Source of the DNA: Gemmatimonadales bacterium
Lineage (GTDB): Bacteria > Gemmatimonadota > Gemmatimonadetes > Gemmatimonadales > GWC2-71-9
Reading direction: 5' to 3'
Length of the DNA stretch: 64,000 nucleotides
Assembly: GCA_041577295.1 (NCBI GenBank)
Contig: JBFGJG010000006.1
Span: 55,410 to 119,409 of the forward strand
The number at the start of each line of letters is the position of its first letter. The first letter of the stretch is position 1. Below, piece by piece: positions 38,403 through 48,348 of this stretch. The notes beneath the pieces are model-generated. The model was given only the letters and a program-made list of their open reading frames with translations. It ran no database searches and had not been told where the DNA came from. Both the position numbers and the translations under genes were made by a program.

Positions 38403-39197
38403 TCAGGCGCGTTCCATTTGCTGCACGAGTCGCCGCCGCCTGGCCTCCACGACAATGTTCACGACCTCGTCTGGGTCGTCGGACACCCGGAACGATTGGA
38501 GATCCCCCTGCGAGACCTTGCCCTCTTCTGCCGCGACGTCCCGCAACCAGCGAAGGAGTTCGGCCCAGTACTTACTGCCAACGAGGATAACTGGAATGTC
38601 ATGAATGCGCCCGGTTTGCCCGAGCGTGAGTGCCTCGAACAACTCATCGAGGGTCCCGAAGCCACCGGGAAAAAACAGGAATGCCGAAGAGTACTTCACC
38701 AGCATGGTCTTGCGGACGAAGAAGAATCGGAAGTTGACGACCCGGTCGACATACGGATTGGGGCCTCGTGCGTACGGGTAGTCGGGGTCGGCAAGCTCGA
38801 TGTTCAAGCCGATCGAAAGCGCGCCCGCTTCTCGAGCGCCCTTGTTCGCCGCCTCCATGATTCCCGGTCCGGCACCGGTGAGAATCGCGAAGTTGTGCGC
38901 GGCAAGCCGTCGGGCCGTTTCCGTTGCCAGCTCGTACATTGGATCGCTAGGGGGTGTGCGGGCAGATCCAAAGATCGACACTGCCGATCGGACGTCGGCC
39001 AACTCATCGAATCCGGCCACGAACTCTCCCATAATGCGCAAAACGCGCCACGGGTCGGTGTGGGTGAACTCCCGACGTTCGAGCACCGGCGGCAGCTCGA
39101 ACAACCGCTCGTCTTCTGTCTGATGCCCAAGCGGCGGTTGTGGAAAACGCTCCCCTGGGACGGGTTGCGGTGGGTCGGTTTTCGGTGGATCACTCAT
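38403..39197 (-). CDS. LOG family nucleotide monophosphate nucleosidase (TIGR00730-like)
   Basis: FGSART, TGAGPGIMEAANKGA, FFVRK and PGGFGTLDE; ATG 39197. Confidence 0.9.
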   Translation of the reverse strand: MSDPPKTDPPQPVPGERFPQPPLGHQTEDERLFELPPVLERREFTHTDPWRVLRIMGEFVAGFDELADVRSAVSIFGSARTPPSDPMYELATETARRLAAHNFAILTGAGPGIMEAANKGAREAGALSIGLNIELADPDYPYARGPNPYVDRVVNFRFFFVRKTMLVKYSSAFLFFPGGFGTLDELFEALTLGQTGRIHDIPVILVGSKYWAELLRWLRDVAAEEGKVSQGDLQSFRVSDDPDEVVNIVVEARRRRLVQQMERA

Positions 39198-39304
39198 GAC
39201 ATTCTGTCCGCTGTATCCCTCGCTTCTGGCAAGCCGCTGCGCCAATATACAAGCATGTTGAACATCGGTAAGACAAGGGTGCATTGGAAGATACGGGAGA
39301 GTTG

Positions 39305-39640
39305 GTGAGCGGGAGCCCTGGCACCCCAGGTTCCCGCGCGGGGACACCTGCTCTCAGCGGGCCGGAGGCGACCGCATACCGACGTAGGGGCTGGGCATCG
39401 CTCACGATCCGCCTGGCCGCTCACGCCCTCGTTCGTCCTCGACTCGCGCTCGACCTGCTCAGGATGCTCTGGGCTTTCCGCAGACGCCGGTGGCTTCGCG
39501 AGTGGCCTTTCTTGCCTTTGCCACCGCCTGATTACGTCCGGTGGCGTATGTACACGGCGTACGGAGACGAGCACGCGGTCCCACCGGTCGACGATGTAAT
39601 TCGTTTCGCACGTTGGCGTCGCGAGGTCATGCACCTATGA
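39305..39640 (+). CDS. Conserved hypothetical protein
   Basis: PFLPLPPPDYVRWRMYTAYG motif; stop overlaps the queG ATG; GTG 39305 after GGGAGAG. Confidence 0.65.
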   Translation: MSGSPGTPGSRAGTPALSGPEATAYRRRGWASLTIRLAAHALVRPRLALDLLRMLWAFRRRRWLREWPFLPLPPPDYVRWRMYTAYGDEHAVPPVDDVIRFARWRREVMHL

Positions 39641-40605
39641 CTCCGGAGCGCCTTGCGTCGCAGGTCAAAGCGCGTGCGCTCGAACTCGGATTCGACACCG
39701 TCGGGATTACGGACCTGGCACCACCGCCTCACGCCGATTCGCTCGCGCGCTGGTTGGAGGCGGGGATGGACGGAACTATGGCTTACATGCGTCGCCAGGC
39801 GTCGCGCCGCATCGAACCCGCCACTATCGCATTGGGCACCCATTGTGCCGTCATCGTTACGAAGAACCACTACCAGGCCGATCCCCACCCCCATCCCGGT
39901 ACCGGACGTGTCGCGAAATACGCGCGCGGGCTCGATTACCACCGTGCGCTCGAGCCCGCACTCCGAGCGCTCGCCGACCACCTGAGAGCGCTGGGTGCAC
40001 AGATCGCGCGATGGTACGTCGATCATGGACCCGTTCCGGAACGCGAGTTGGCGCAACGTGCCGGCCTCGGATGGATTGGAAAGAACACGATGCTCATCGA
40101 TCCGCACCGTGGATCGCATCTGTTTCTGGCAAGCGTGCTCACGGATCTTGACTTGGCTCTCGACGACCCGTTCGAAGCCGACCGCTGTGGCAGCTGCGTG
40201 CGATGCCTCGAGGCCTGTCCGACCGGAGCCTTTCCCGACGCTCGTGTTCTCGACAGCCGCCGGTGCATCTCCTACCTAACCATCGAGCACCGGGGCGAGA
40301 TCGATCCAGCGCTGCAGCATCTGATGGAAGACTGGGTCTTTGGATGTGATATCTGTCAGGACGTGTGCCCTTGGAACGTAAAATTCGCCACCGAAGACCG
40401 TGGCGAGCTCCTCGAGAACGACCCGACGATGGCGTCGCTCGATCTGCGCGAGCTCGCGACCATATCTGATGAAGGCTTTGATCGCCGCTATGGGCACACC
40501 GCGTTGGAGCGTCCTGGCGCCGTGGGGATACGCCGCAACGCCACCATCGCGATGCATAACACCTCGACCGAGGAGGCTCCGTGGCCGACGTCCCGGACAC
40601 CGTAA
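39637..40605 (+). CDS. queG: Epoxyqueuosine reductase
   Basis: YARGLDYH, ERELAQRAGLGWIGKN, CGSCVRCLEACPT, CISYLTIE and GCDICQDVCPWN. Confidence 0.95.
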   Translation: MTPERLASQVKARALELGFDTVGITDLAPPPHADSLARWLEAGMDGTMAYMRRQASRRIEPATIALGTHCAVIVTKNHYQADPHPHPGTGRVAKYARGLDYHRALEPALRALADHLRALGAQIARWYVDHGPVPERELAQRAGLGWIGKNTMLIDPHRGSHLFLASVLTDLDLALDDPFEADRCGSCVRCLEACPTGAFPDARVLDSRRCISYLTIEHRGEIDPALQHLMEDWVFGCDICQDVCPWNVKFATEDRGELLENDPTMASLDLRELATISDEGFDRRYGHTALERPGAVGIRRNATIAMHNTSTEEAPWPTSRTP

Positions 40606-40886
40606 CTGACCCGGCGCTCCGCGCGCGGTTGGGAGAGATTCAGCACCGTTTGAGCCACCGTCTCGGAGAGATTGACCCGCATCACCGGCTAGCAGGTCGT
40701 CCCATGACCTACCACGTCATCGCAGGTCAGACGATCGAGATTGTGTATCGGGATGTACCGAGTATCGACGAGTCGGAGGTGTTGGGAATCAAGCGGCTGA
40801 TCGGTGAGGGGTGTTTTTGTCGGGTGACGCCGCAGACTTCAGAGACATTGTGTGTGCGTTTTGTGGTCCCATTGAAAAACGTCTGA
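40581..40886 (+). CDS. Hypothetical protein
   Basis: 101 aa ORF with a GGAGG RBS, overlapping the queG end. Confidence 0.6.
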   Translation: MADVPDTVTDPALRARLGEIQHRLSHRLGEIDPHHRLAGRPMTYHVIAGQTIEIVYRDVPSIDESEVLGIKRLIGEGCFCRVTPQTSETLCVRFVVPLKNV

Positions 40887-40897
40887 TTGCTTCGGCA

Positions 40898-41656
40898 TCA
40901 CAAGCCCGTCGGATGATCGATGAACTCCCACGGCAGATCGAATCGCTGCTCCAGGTGCGCGGCGAGCGCCTTGACTCCGACCGTCTCTGTAGCATAGTGC
41001 CCTGCATAGATCACGTTTAGCCCCCACTCCTCGGCATCGAAGTGCGTGTAATGTGCGCCTTCTCCCGTTATGAACGTGTCGACCTGGGCGTCCCGTGCCT
41101 CACGGATCATGTTTCCCGCACCGCCGGTCACGATCCCGACTCGCTCGGGCTTCGTTGGCCCCGTGGCGATCACATGAGGATCGACCCCGAGTTTCGCGCG
41201 GAGGCGGGAGACTAGCTCATCCCGCGTAACATCCAACCTTCCGACAACCCCGATCTCGCGGCCTTCGTACTCGCCAAACCATCCAACAGCCTCGAGGCCG
41301 AGCATCCGGGCGAGTACAATGTTGTTCCCCACCTCGGGGTGGCAGTCGAGCGGGATGTGGGCTGCGTACACGGCTAGATCCGCGGCGAACAACTTCTTGA
41401 GTCTCCGTGCCTCCCGGCCCACCACGGGCAGGAGGCCGGCCCAGAAGAGCCCGTGGTGGACGAGCAGCAAATCAGCACGGCGCTCTGCGGCCGCGTCGAT
41501 GGTGGCTTGACAGACATCGACGGCCGCGGCAATCCGGCTCACCGTGCCAGAGTTCTCAACTTGCAGACCGTTGAGTGCCTGGGGACTGTCGCGCACCTCC
41601 CGCACACGGAGGTACTCGTCGAGGTAGGTGGTGAGCGCGGCGAGAGCCGTCGCCAT
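40898..41656 (-). CDS. Nif3-like dinuclear metal center protein (YbgI family)
   Basis: NGLQVE, VHHG, HIPLDCHPEVGNN, ITGE and GHYATE. Confidence 0.93.
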   Translation of the reverse strand: MATALAALTTYLDEYLRVREVRDSPQALNGLQVENSGTVSRIAAAVDVCQATIDAAAERRADLLLVHHGLFWAGLLPVVGREARRLKKLFAADLAVYAAHIPLDCHPEVGNNIVLARMLGLEAVGWFGEYEGREIGVVGRLDVTRDELVSRLRAKLGVDPHVIATGPTKPERVGIVTGGAGNMIREARDAQVDTFITGEGAHYTHFDAEEWGLNVIYAGHYATETVGVKALAAHLEQRFDLPWEFIDHPTGL

Positions 41657-41668
41657 CTGATCAGCGCG

Positions 41669-42139
41669 CTAGCGACCCGCGGACACCGACGTGGCGGGCT
41701 CTCGGCGTTCTCGCACAGGGGGAGGCACCTGCGGCTGGGATGGGCGGGTCTGGGGCACCGGGCGTCCCATCTGGACGCGCCCGTTCACTTCCCCGCCCTC
41801 TTGCACGACGATTCGCTGAGTGGTGATGTCCCCGTTGACCAGGGACCCTCGTTGTACCTCGACTCGCTCTCCCGCGTAGATCGCACCCACGACGGTACCA
41901 CCTACAATCGCTTCCCGCGTATACAGGTTTCCTTGCACGGTCCCACCCTTGGAGACGAGGATTTGTTCATCGGCGCGAACATTTCCTTCGACCTTCCCTT
42001 CAACCTTCACCACGCCCTTGGTGATGAGATCGCCGACCACGTGCATACCCGGTGCAACGATCGAGAGGGTGTGTTCCCGCGGTGCGTTTCCTCGACGCGA
42101 GTCCCGCTCACGCTCATCCCGCGATTTGAGCTTTGCCAT
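41669..42139 (-). CDS. Bactofilin (polymer-forming cytoskeletal protein)
   Basis: SIVAPGMHVVGDL..VKVEGKVEGNV..GTVQGNL..VNGDI..GEVNG beta-helix repeats. Confidence 0.92.
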   Translation of the reverse strand: MAKLKSRDERERDSRRGNAPREHTLSIVAPGMHVVGDLITKGVVKVEGKVEGNVRADEQILVSKGGTVQGNLYTREAIVGGTVVGAIYAGERVEVQRGSLVNGDITTQRIVVQEGGEVNGRVQMGRPVPQTRPSQPQVPPPVRERREPATSVSAGR

Positions 42140-42141
42140 AC

Positions 42142-42933
42142 TCAGAGATTCTCCTGATGCACCATGGAACGAGGATCAACGTAGCGCCCACGGCTGCGAA
42201 TCTCAAAGTGGAGATGGGGCGCCGTGGATCGCCCTGTGGACCCAGACAAGCCGATGACCTGCCCCGCGCGGACAGAATCGCCCTTGGTCACGAGGATTCG
42301 CGAGGCGTGTCCGTACATACTTTGAAACCCATCGGGGTGATCGATCAAGACGAAGAGTCCATACTCCGGGTCCGACCCCGCGCTTGCGACGATCCCGCCG
42401 CCGGCGGCGCGTATCGGTGTCCCGCGCGGTACGGCCACATCCAGTCCACCGTGGGATTCACCTCCGGCACTCTCAGTTGCCGGACCGCGCGTAATAACAC
42501 CTTGAACGTCGAGCGGCCAGTGACGCGGCGTGGAGGCACCGGATTCGTAGCGTGCCGCTCCCTCGGAGCGCGCGAGGATTGGCGGCGCCAAGGGATACGT
42601 TCGCTCGATCTGGGCACGGTCCGGGACCACATCGCCGCCGAGCATGGTCCGCACCTGTTCATAACGCGCTTCGACCTCCTGCAACGCCGCGGCTAGTTGT
42701 CGCACTTGCTGGTTTTCCGCCTGTAACCGTTGGAGTTCACGGGTAAGCCCGGGCACGCGCGCAGCGGTACGCGCGATGGGTGCGTACAACGCCGCGGCGA
42801 CGACGATGAGTACCGCCAATGTGCTCCCGACTATCATCCCCACACGCGCCATCCACCGCGGGATCCTGAACGACCGCGACTCGATCGCGCCGTCCCGGTG
42901 CACCATGATGGTGATGCCTGGTCGCCGCGTCAT
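42142..42933 (-). CDS. M23 family peptidase with TM and coiled coil
   Basis: HGGLD, YGHAS and STAPHLHFE LytM motifs; N-terminal TM followed by a coiled coil. Confidence 0.92.
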   Translation of the reverse strand: MTRRPGITIMVHRDGAIESRSFRIPRWMARVGMIVGSTLAVLIVVAAALYAPIARTAARVPGLTRELQRLQAENQQVRQLAAALQEVEARYEQVRTMLGGDVVPDRAQIERTYPLAPPILARSEGAARYESGASTPRHWPLDVQGVITRGPATESAGGESHGGLDVAVPRGTPIRAAGGGIVASAGSDPEYGLFVLIDHPDGFQSMYGHASRILVTKGDSVRAGQVIGLSGSTGRSTAPHLHFEIRSRGRYVDPRSMVHQENL

Positions 42934-43820
42934 CCGTCGAACGGCTCTCCGAACATAATCTCCAGCAGCCGCTCGAGATCGTCACCAGAGTAGAAGTTGA
43001 TGGCAATGCGACCGCCGTCTTTGCCGCGCTTGGTCACGAACACGTCGGTCTGCAGTTTGCGTCGAAGCGCTTCCTCGATGCGGCGGATGGCAGGGTCTTG
43101 TTGCGCCTGTCCACGGCGCGTCCGCGGACGCCGCATGGGCGGGCGACCGCCGCGCACGAGCGCCTCGAGCTCGCGAACGGAGAGGCCCTGCTCTGCCGCT
43201 GCCCGAGCGAGTCGCGCGATTTCAGAAGCGTCATCCAATTGGAGCAACGCCCGCGCGTGTCCGGTGGTCAACCGCTCGGCGTGCACAAGTTGCTGCACCG
43301 CTTCCGGAAGCTTCAGCAAGCGCAGCGCATTCGCGACCGTCGAGCGATCCTTCCCAACCAGCTGACCGACCTCCGCCTGCGAGACGGAAAACTCGCCGAT
43401 GAGCCGCGCGTAGCCGCGCGCTTCGTCTATCGGAGACAGACTGTCCCGTTGGAGGTTCTCCACGAGAGCCAGCGTGAGGAGCGTGCGGTCATCGACATCG
43501 CGAATGACAGCGCCGATCCGCATCCATTCCAGTTGCTGCGCAGCACGCCACCGGCGTTCACCGGCAATGATCTCGTACTGGCCCGCGGTTGAGGGTCGTA
43601 CCACAATCGGTTGCAGGAGACCCGCGGTGCGCATCGATTCGGCGAGCTCGTTGAGTGCGGTGGAATCGAACTCCCGACGAGGCTGGTACGGATTGGGTCG
43701 TAGCGCATCGACAGGAACCTCCTGCAACGCTCCCTCGCGCCGCGCTTGCTCGATCGTCTGTGGACCGAGCAGGGCCTCGAGCCCGCGCCCGAGTCGGGTC
43801 CGTCCGCCCTTGGCTGTCAT
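42930..43820 (-). CDS. parB: Chromosome partitioning protein ParB
   Basis: [29 protein letters not shown], and [14 protein letters not shown]. Confidence 0.96.
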   Translation of the reverse strand: MTAKGGRTRLGRGLEALLGPQTIEQARREGALQEVPVDALRPNPYQPRREFDSTALNELAESMRTAGLLQPIVVRPSTAGQYEIIAGERRWRAAQQLEWMRIGAVIRDVDDRTLLTLALVENLQRDSLSPIDEARGYARLIGEFSVSQAEVGQLVGKDRSTVANALRLLKLPEAVQQLVHAERLTTGHARALLQLDDASEIARLARAAAEQGLSVRELEALVRGGRPPMRRPRTRRGQAQQDPAIRRIEEALRRKLQTDVFVTKRGKDGGRIAINFYSGDDLERLLEIMFGEPFDG

Positions 43821-44635
43821 ACCAACGCTCGTGCCGTAGCTGGCAGCTCAGGTGATGCGTGCTCGCCGGAGGCAACCCGCCGCATCAGTTCTTGGGCGAG
43901 CGCCAGATAACTCTTCGCACCAACCGACTGCACGTCGTACAGAATGATTGGCTTGCCAAAGCTCGGCGCTTCGGCCAGACGAACGTTTCGCGGAATCGCC
44001 GTACGATACACCTTGGCGCCAAAGTATTCCTTCGCCTCTGCTCCAACCTGTCGCGAGAGGTTGAGGCGAGCGTCATACATGGTGAGCAGCACACCCTCAA
44101 TCGCGAGTGATGCGTTGCAGTTCTGCTGTACTAGGCGAACGGTGTTCAGCAACTGCGAGAGCCCTTCGAGCGCGTAGTACTCGCATTGAATGGGAATGAG
44201 GACCGAGTCGGCAGCGGTCAACATGTTCAGCGTGAGGAGACCGAGCGATGGTGGACAGTCGATCAACACGAATTCGTATTGATCCCGCAGCGGTGCCAGC
44301 GTGCGTCGCATCATCGATTCGCGTCCCGAGCGATTTACCAACTCGAGCTCGGCGCCGACGAGATCCTGAGTTGCTGGCACGACGTCGAGGCGGGGGAATC
44401 CGACGTGCTTGATAACGGCATCCGTGATGGGCACATCGCCGAGGAGACAGTCGTAGAGGGTATGACGAATGTCTTCGGGCCGCGCGCCGATGCCGCTCGT
44501 CGCGTTAGCCTGCGGATCGGCGTCAACGAGGAGGGTCGAGCGCTCAGCGGCCGCAAGCGAGGCGGCGAGATTCACCGCCGTTGTCGTCTTGCCGACGCCC
44601 CCTTTTTGGTTGGCAATGGCAATTACTTTGCCCAT
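43817..44635 (-). CDS. parA: Chromosome partitioning ATPase ParA/Soj
   Basis: [22 protein letters not shown] and [17 protein letters not shown] 44635. Confidence 0.96.
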   Translation of the reverse strand: MGKVIAIANQKGGVGKTTTAVNLAASLAAAERSTLLVDADPQANATSGIGARPEDIRHTLYDCLLGDVPITDAVIKHVGFPRLDVVPATQDLVGAELELVNRSGRESMMRRTLAPLRDQYEFVLIDCPPSLGLLTLNMLTAADSVLIPIQCEYYALEGLSQLLNTVRLVQQNCNASLAIEGVLLTMYDARLNLSRQVGAEAKEYFGAKVYRTAIPRNVRLAEAPSFGKPIILYDVQSVGAKSYLALAQELMRRVASGEHASPELPATARALV

Positions 44636-44783
44636 TAATATGCCTAAGTACTTTATTAACAACAAGTTACGGAATAGTTACGGCGCCGCGCACGACATCC
44701 CTTGCTACGTGCCGAAGCGGCTTGCCAGAGGAAATTGGCGTGTGGCGTACGATTACGCAATCCGTAATGACGGAGTGAGCTGT

Positions 44784-44799
44784 GGTTTCACGTGAAACC
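44784..44799. promoter_or_regulatory. parS site
   Basis: Palindrome GGTTTCACGTGAAACC, a variant of the consensus TGTTTCACGTGAAACA. Confidence 0.88.
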
Positions 44800-45028
44800 A
44801 CGCGTAATGCTGCGTTGGGACTGGCTTGCATGGCAGACGAGAACGGCGGAAAACCGTTATCTCGCCAGCCGCTCTGGCCAGAGTAAACCTCGATTCGGGG
44901 AACGCTCTGCGGCGCGCTCGGCGCTCAGCGCAATCGGGTTGGCGCTAGCCGGATTCGCCGGGGGATCGCTCGATTACCGAGCCTTCGTGGGTGCGCAGGA
45001 TCGTTGTCGGTTGTGTGACAAACCTCAC

Positions 45029-45044
45029 TGTTTCACGTGAAACA
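45029..45044. promoter_or_regulatory. parS site
   Basis: Exact consensus TGTTTCACGTGAAACA. Confidence 0.95.
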
Positions 45045-45110
45045 CTTTCCTGGGGAGACAACTGCGGGCCTGTTCGGCCCAAGATGCTGAGCATTGTCGC
45101 TGCGGATTGG

Positions 45111-46982
45111 CTACGCTGCAGATCTACGTCTCTTAATCACCTCGAGAACGAGATTCTGGACATCGCTTGGAGAGACGCCCGGGATCCTGCCCGCCTGCGC
45201 CAGCGATTCCGGGCGAACCCGCGCAAGCTTCTGACGCGCTTCCGTGCTCAGGCTCAGGAGCTCGGGGTAGGGGAGGTCCTCCGGAAGCCGAAAGTGCACC
45301 ATCTCCAGCAGGCGATTTGCCGCCTCCCTTTCCCGATCGAGGTAACCGGCATACTTGATCTCGATCTCCGCCCACAGCCATGCATCTTCGGATGCCTCCG
45401 GTGAAATGCCCGCTGCCGCCAAGAGCGCACGCAACCCAACCCGTGGGCGACGCGTCAGGTCTCCCACACGCTGCGCTTCTCGAATCGGAGATTCGCCGGC
45501 AGACTCGAGCAGCGGGTTTGCCACGGATGGCTGGAGGACGATTTCATTGACTGACTCGAGAAGCTTGTCTTCGGTATTTATTCGGTATTCTAGCGTCTGC
45601 TTCTCGGCTTCGGTTATCAGACCAAGCTCCGCAGCCAGCGGCCCGAGCCGGCGCAAAGCATTCTCTTGCCGCAACAACAGGCGAAACTCGGCCCGGGACG
45701 TAAACAGCCGGTACGGCTCATCGACACCCTTGGTCACCAGGTCGTCAACCAAGACCCCGATGTACGCGTCGTCGCGGCCAAAGACCACCGGCTCCTCGCC
45801 CCGGATGCGACGAACCGCGTTGATACCAGCAACCACACCCTGTCCTGCCGCCTCCTCGTAGCCGGTGGTGCCGTTGATCTGACCCGCGAAGAACAGTCGC
45901 TCCACTGCTTTGAGCTCGAGCCAAGGGGTCAGCTGGTGGGGAGGGTAGTAGTCGTACTCAATGGCATATCCCGGTCGTAGCATGCGGGCTTGCTCCAGCC
46001 CGGGAACCTGCGTCAAGAACTCGACCTGAACTTCGATGGGTAGGGAGGTTGAAAGACCGTTGACGTACAACTCGGTGGTGTCGAGACCCTCGGGCTCCAA
46101 GAAGATCTGGTGCCGCTCCGCATTTGGGAACTTGACCACCTTGTCCTCAATCGACGGACAGTATCGTGGTCCACGCCCCGCGATCGCGCCACCGTAGAGT
46201 GCTGACTGGTCGAGTTGGCGACGGATGACCTCCTTGACCTCCGGGCCCGCCCAGGTAATCCAACAGGGACGCTGGTCGACTCGCGGTGCAGCCTGGAAAA
46301 AGGAGAATCGATAGTTGGGAAACTCGCCGTCCTGCCGCTCCAGCCGGCTGTAGTCGACGGTGCGACCATCAATGCGCGGCGGCGTGCCAGTCTTGAATCG
46401 ATCGACCTCCAGCCCCCAAGACTCGAGTTGCTCCGCAATATCGACTGCCGGGGCGTCACCGGCTCTCCCAGCGGCGATGCGCGTGGTGGTCCCAATGTGA
46501 ATGCGGCCACGCATGAAGGTGCCGGCAGTAAGCACTACCGCGCGGCTCCGCAGTGTGCGGCCGTCCGAGGTCCGCACGCCCCCGACGCCCGACCCCTCCA
46601 GGATGAGCCCGTGCACCATGCTCTGCAGGAATTCGAGATTAGCGTGCTCCTCGAGCAGTCGTCGCACCGCTCTGCGATACAGGCCACGATCGCACTGTGC
46701 ACGAGGCGCCCAGACGGCAGGGCCCTTAGAACGATTCAGCATGCGGAATTGGATCGTGGAGAGATCTGCGGCGCGCCCCATGATCCCGCCCAGTGCATCC
46801 ACCTCCCTTACGACGGTACCCTTGGCGACACCCCCAATCGCCGGATTGCACGACATCTGCCCAATCGTCTCGAGATTTGCGGTGACCATTAGCGTGCGAG
46901 CCCCGAGACGAGCAGATGCACAGGCCGCCTCCGCACCGGCGTGGCCCCCTCCGACTACGATGACGTCGTACTGGAAAGACAT
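45111..46982 (-). CDS. mnmG: tRNA uridine-5-carboxymethylaminomethyl modification enzyme MnmG/GidA
   Basis: GGGHAG, MSCNPAIGG, GPRYCPSIEDK, GQINGTTGYEEAAGQG and EPYRLFTSRAE. Confidence 0.97.
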   Translation of the reverse strand: MSFQYDVIVVGGGHAGAEAACASARLGARTLMVTANLETIGQMSCNPAIGGVAKGTVVREVDALGGIMGRAADLSTIQFRMLNRSKGPAVWAPRAQCDRGLYRRAVRRLLEEHANLEFLQSMVHGLILEGSGVGGVRTSDGRTLRSRAVVLTAGTFMRGRIHIGTTTRIAAGRAGDAPAVDIAEQLESWGLEVDRFKTGTPPRIDGRTVDYSRLERQDGEFPNYRFSFFQAAPRVDQRPCWITWAGPEVKEVIRRQLDQSALYGGAIAGRGPRYCPSIEDKVVKFPNAERHQIFLEPEGLDTTELYVNGLSTSLPIEVQVEFLTQVPGLEQARMLRPGYAIEYDYYPPHQLTPWLELKAVERLFFAGQINGTTGYEEAAGQGVVAGINAVRRIRGEEPVVFGRDDAYIGVLVDDLVTKGVDEPYRLFTSRAEFRLLLRQENALRRLGPLAAELGLITEAEKQTLEYRINTEDKLLESVNEIVLQPSVANPLLESAGESPIREAQRVGDLTRRPRVGLRALLAAAGISPEASEDAWLWAEIEIKYAGYLDREREAANRLLEMVHFRLPEDLPYPELLSLSTEARQKLARVRPESLAQAGRIPGVSPSDVQNLVLEVIKRRRSAA

Positions 46983-47178
46983 AGTCCTCAAAGCTAGTCT
47001 TCCCTCGTCTGGGTGTCACCAATCCCAGCCGAACCATGCCACGCGGACGGCGGGAAATGTGGGGGGAACTTCGGAGTACTGTTTTCGGTTTCCTGCTACG
47101 GGTGGTGGTGTCCCAAACTCTGGCATGATCCGGCCCGAAAATTGAGCGAGAAAGTCATCCGTAAGGGGTTTATCGGCA

Positions 47179-47952
47179 ATGCGTTGTGAAGAAGCCCGTC
47201 GAGTCCTCATGCCAGAGCCCGGGCCCCGCCCTGAGTCACCGGAGTCTCGTGAGGCGTTTGACCATTACGAGCGTTGTCCTGCCTGCCAGCAGTTCTTCGC
47301 CGACCATCGGGCGATCCGCAGTAGGCTCAGCAACCTAAAAGACCTTGCCGCACCGGCGGCCTTGCGGCGGCGAGTTGAGGAAGCAATTGCCAAGGACTCA
47401 GTCTCCGCGCGCCCGCGCCGACCGGCCCGATGGATCGCGGCCGGTGGGGCCCTCGTTGCCGCCGCGACGCTCATCCTGGTGCTCAGCAACCCCACTATTC
47501 CCGAGACCGTCCGAACGCCACTCGTGCAGCACGCCGCACAAGCATTGCCAGATCCAACTCTGGCTGATGAGGCCACAGACGCCATCGCGACGTCCGATTC
47601 ACAGATTCTCGGCCAGTGGTTCGTGGGACGGGTCAACTACCCCGTGGAGGTCCCGCAGATTGACGGCGCGGAGTTGGTAGGGGGAAGGGTGGCAGAGCTG
47701 CACGGAGTCCGCAGCGTCTCGATCGTCTACCGCTACCGCAACAGCGAGATTACCTACTTCGCGCTGCCGTCCGGGCAGGTCGGCAGCACGACGGTCGATT
47801 GGAACGATATCGTGGCGGAGTCCTCGGATGGGTACGAGCTAGCCATGTGGCAAGAGGCCGGTCTGGCTCGAGCGGTGGTTGCGGCCATGCCGCGTGCTGA
47901 CGTCATGCGGTTTGCGCGAGAGTGCCGCGCCAAGGCACTCAGGTCGATTTAG
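47179..47952 (+). CDS. Membrane-anchored zinc-finger (ZAS) anti-sigma factor-like protein
   Basis: MRCEEAR..HYERCPAC (HxxxCxxC), one TM (WIAAGGALVAAATLILVL) and an extracytoplasmic domain. Confidence 0.8.
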   Translation: MRCEEARRVLMPEPGPRPESPESREAFDHYERCPACQQFFADHRAIRSRLSNLKDLAAPAALRRRVEEAIAKDSVSARPRRPARWIAAGGALVAAATLILVLSNPTIPETVRTPLVQHAAQALPDPTLADEATDAIATSDSQILGQWFVGRVNYPVEVPQIDGAELVGGRVAELHGVRSVSIVYRYRNSEITYFALPSGQVGSTTVDWNDIVAESSDGYELAMWQEAGLARAVVAAMPRADVMRFARECRAKALRSI

Positions 47953-48269
47953 CGCGGGCGAACGAGCACCTCGCCGTCTTCCACCTTCACATCAAAGCAT
48001 GGCAGCGGTTCGGTCGCCGGCAGTTCCAAAACCTCGCCCGTGCGAACATCGAATTGCGCTCCGTGAAGCCCGCACTCGATCACGAAATCCTCCACCATCT
48101 CTCCGTCCGCCATGGGGAACTCCGCGTGGGTACACCGATTCTCGAAGGCGAACACCTGCCCACGGACCTTAACCAGGCAAACCTCCGTGCCGGCATCGAG
48201 CTCGAATGAAACCGGCGTTTCCTCAGGTAGTTCGTCGAGCGTTGCCACTCGTTCAAAACCATCACTCAT
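47949..48269 (-). CDS. Rieske-type [2Fe-2S] ferredoxin
   Basis: CTH..CGLHGAQFD Rieske motif; last gene of the suf run. Confidence 0.92.
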   Translation of the reverse strand: MSDGFERVATLDELPEETPVSFELDAGTEVCLVKVRGQVFAFENRCTHAEFPMADGEMVEDFVIECGLHGAQFDVRTGEVLELPATEPLPCFDVKVEDGEVLVRPR

Positions 48270-48348
48270 TAGCAGACCCCTAACAACAATGAGCAGTGAA
48301 AAGCAGTAAGGGGTAAGGAGTGAGAGTGACCCTCTCCAAACTCCCCAA

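Noticed and set aside
44636..45110. oriC or rsmG pseudogene
   Set aside because: I found no DnaA-box cluster and no RsmG-like translation; only parS is supported.
47065..47095. ECF-sigma promoter (GGAACTT...) before the anti-sigma gene
   Set aside because: The -10 element is unconvincing; cannot be supported from sequence alone.
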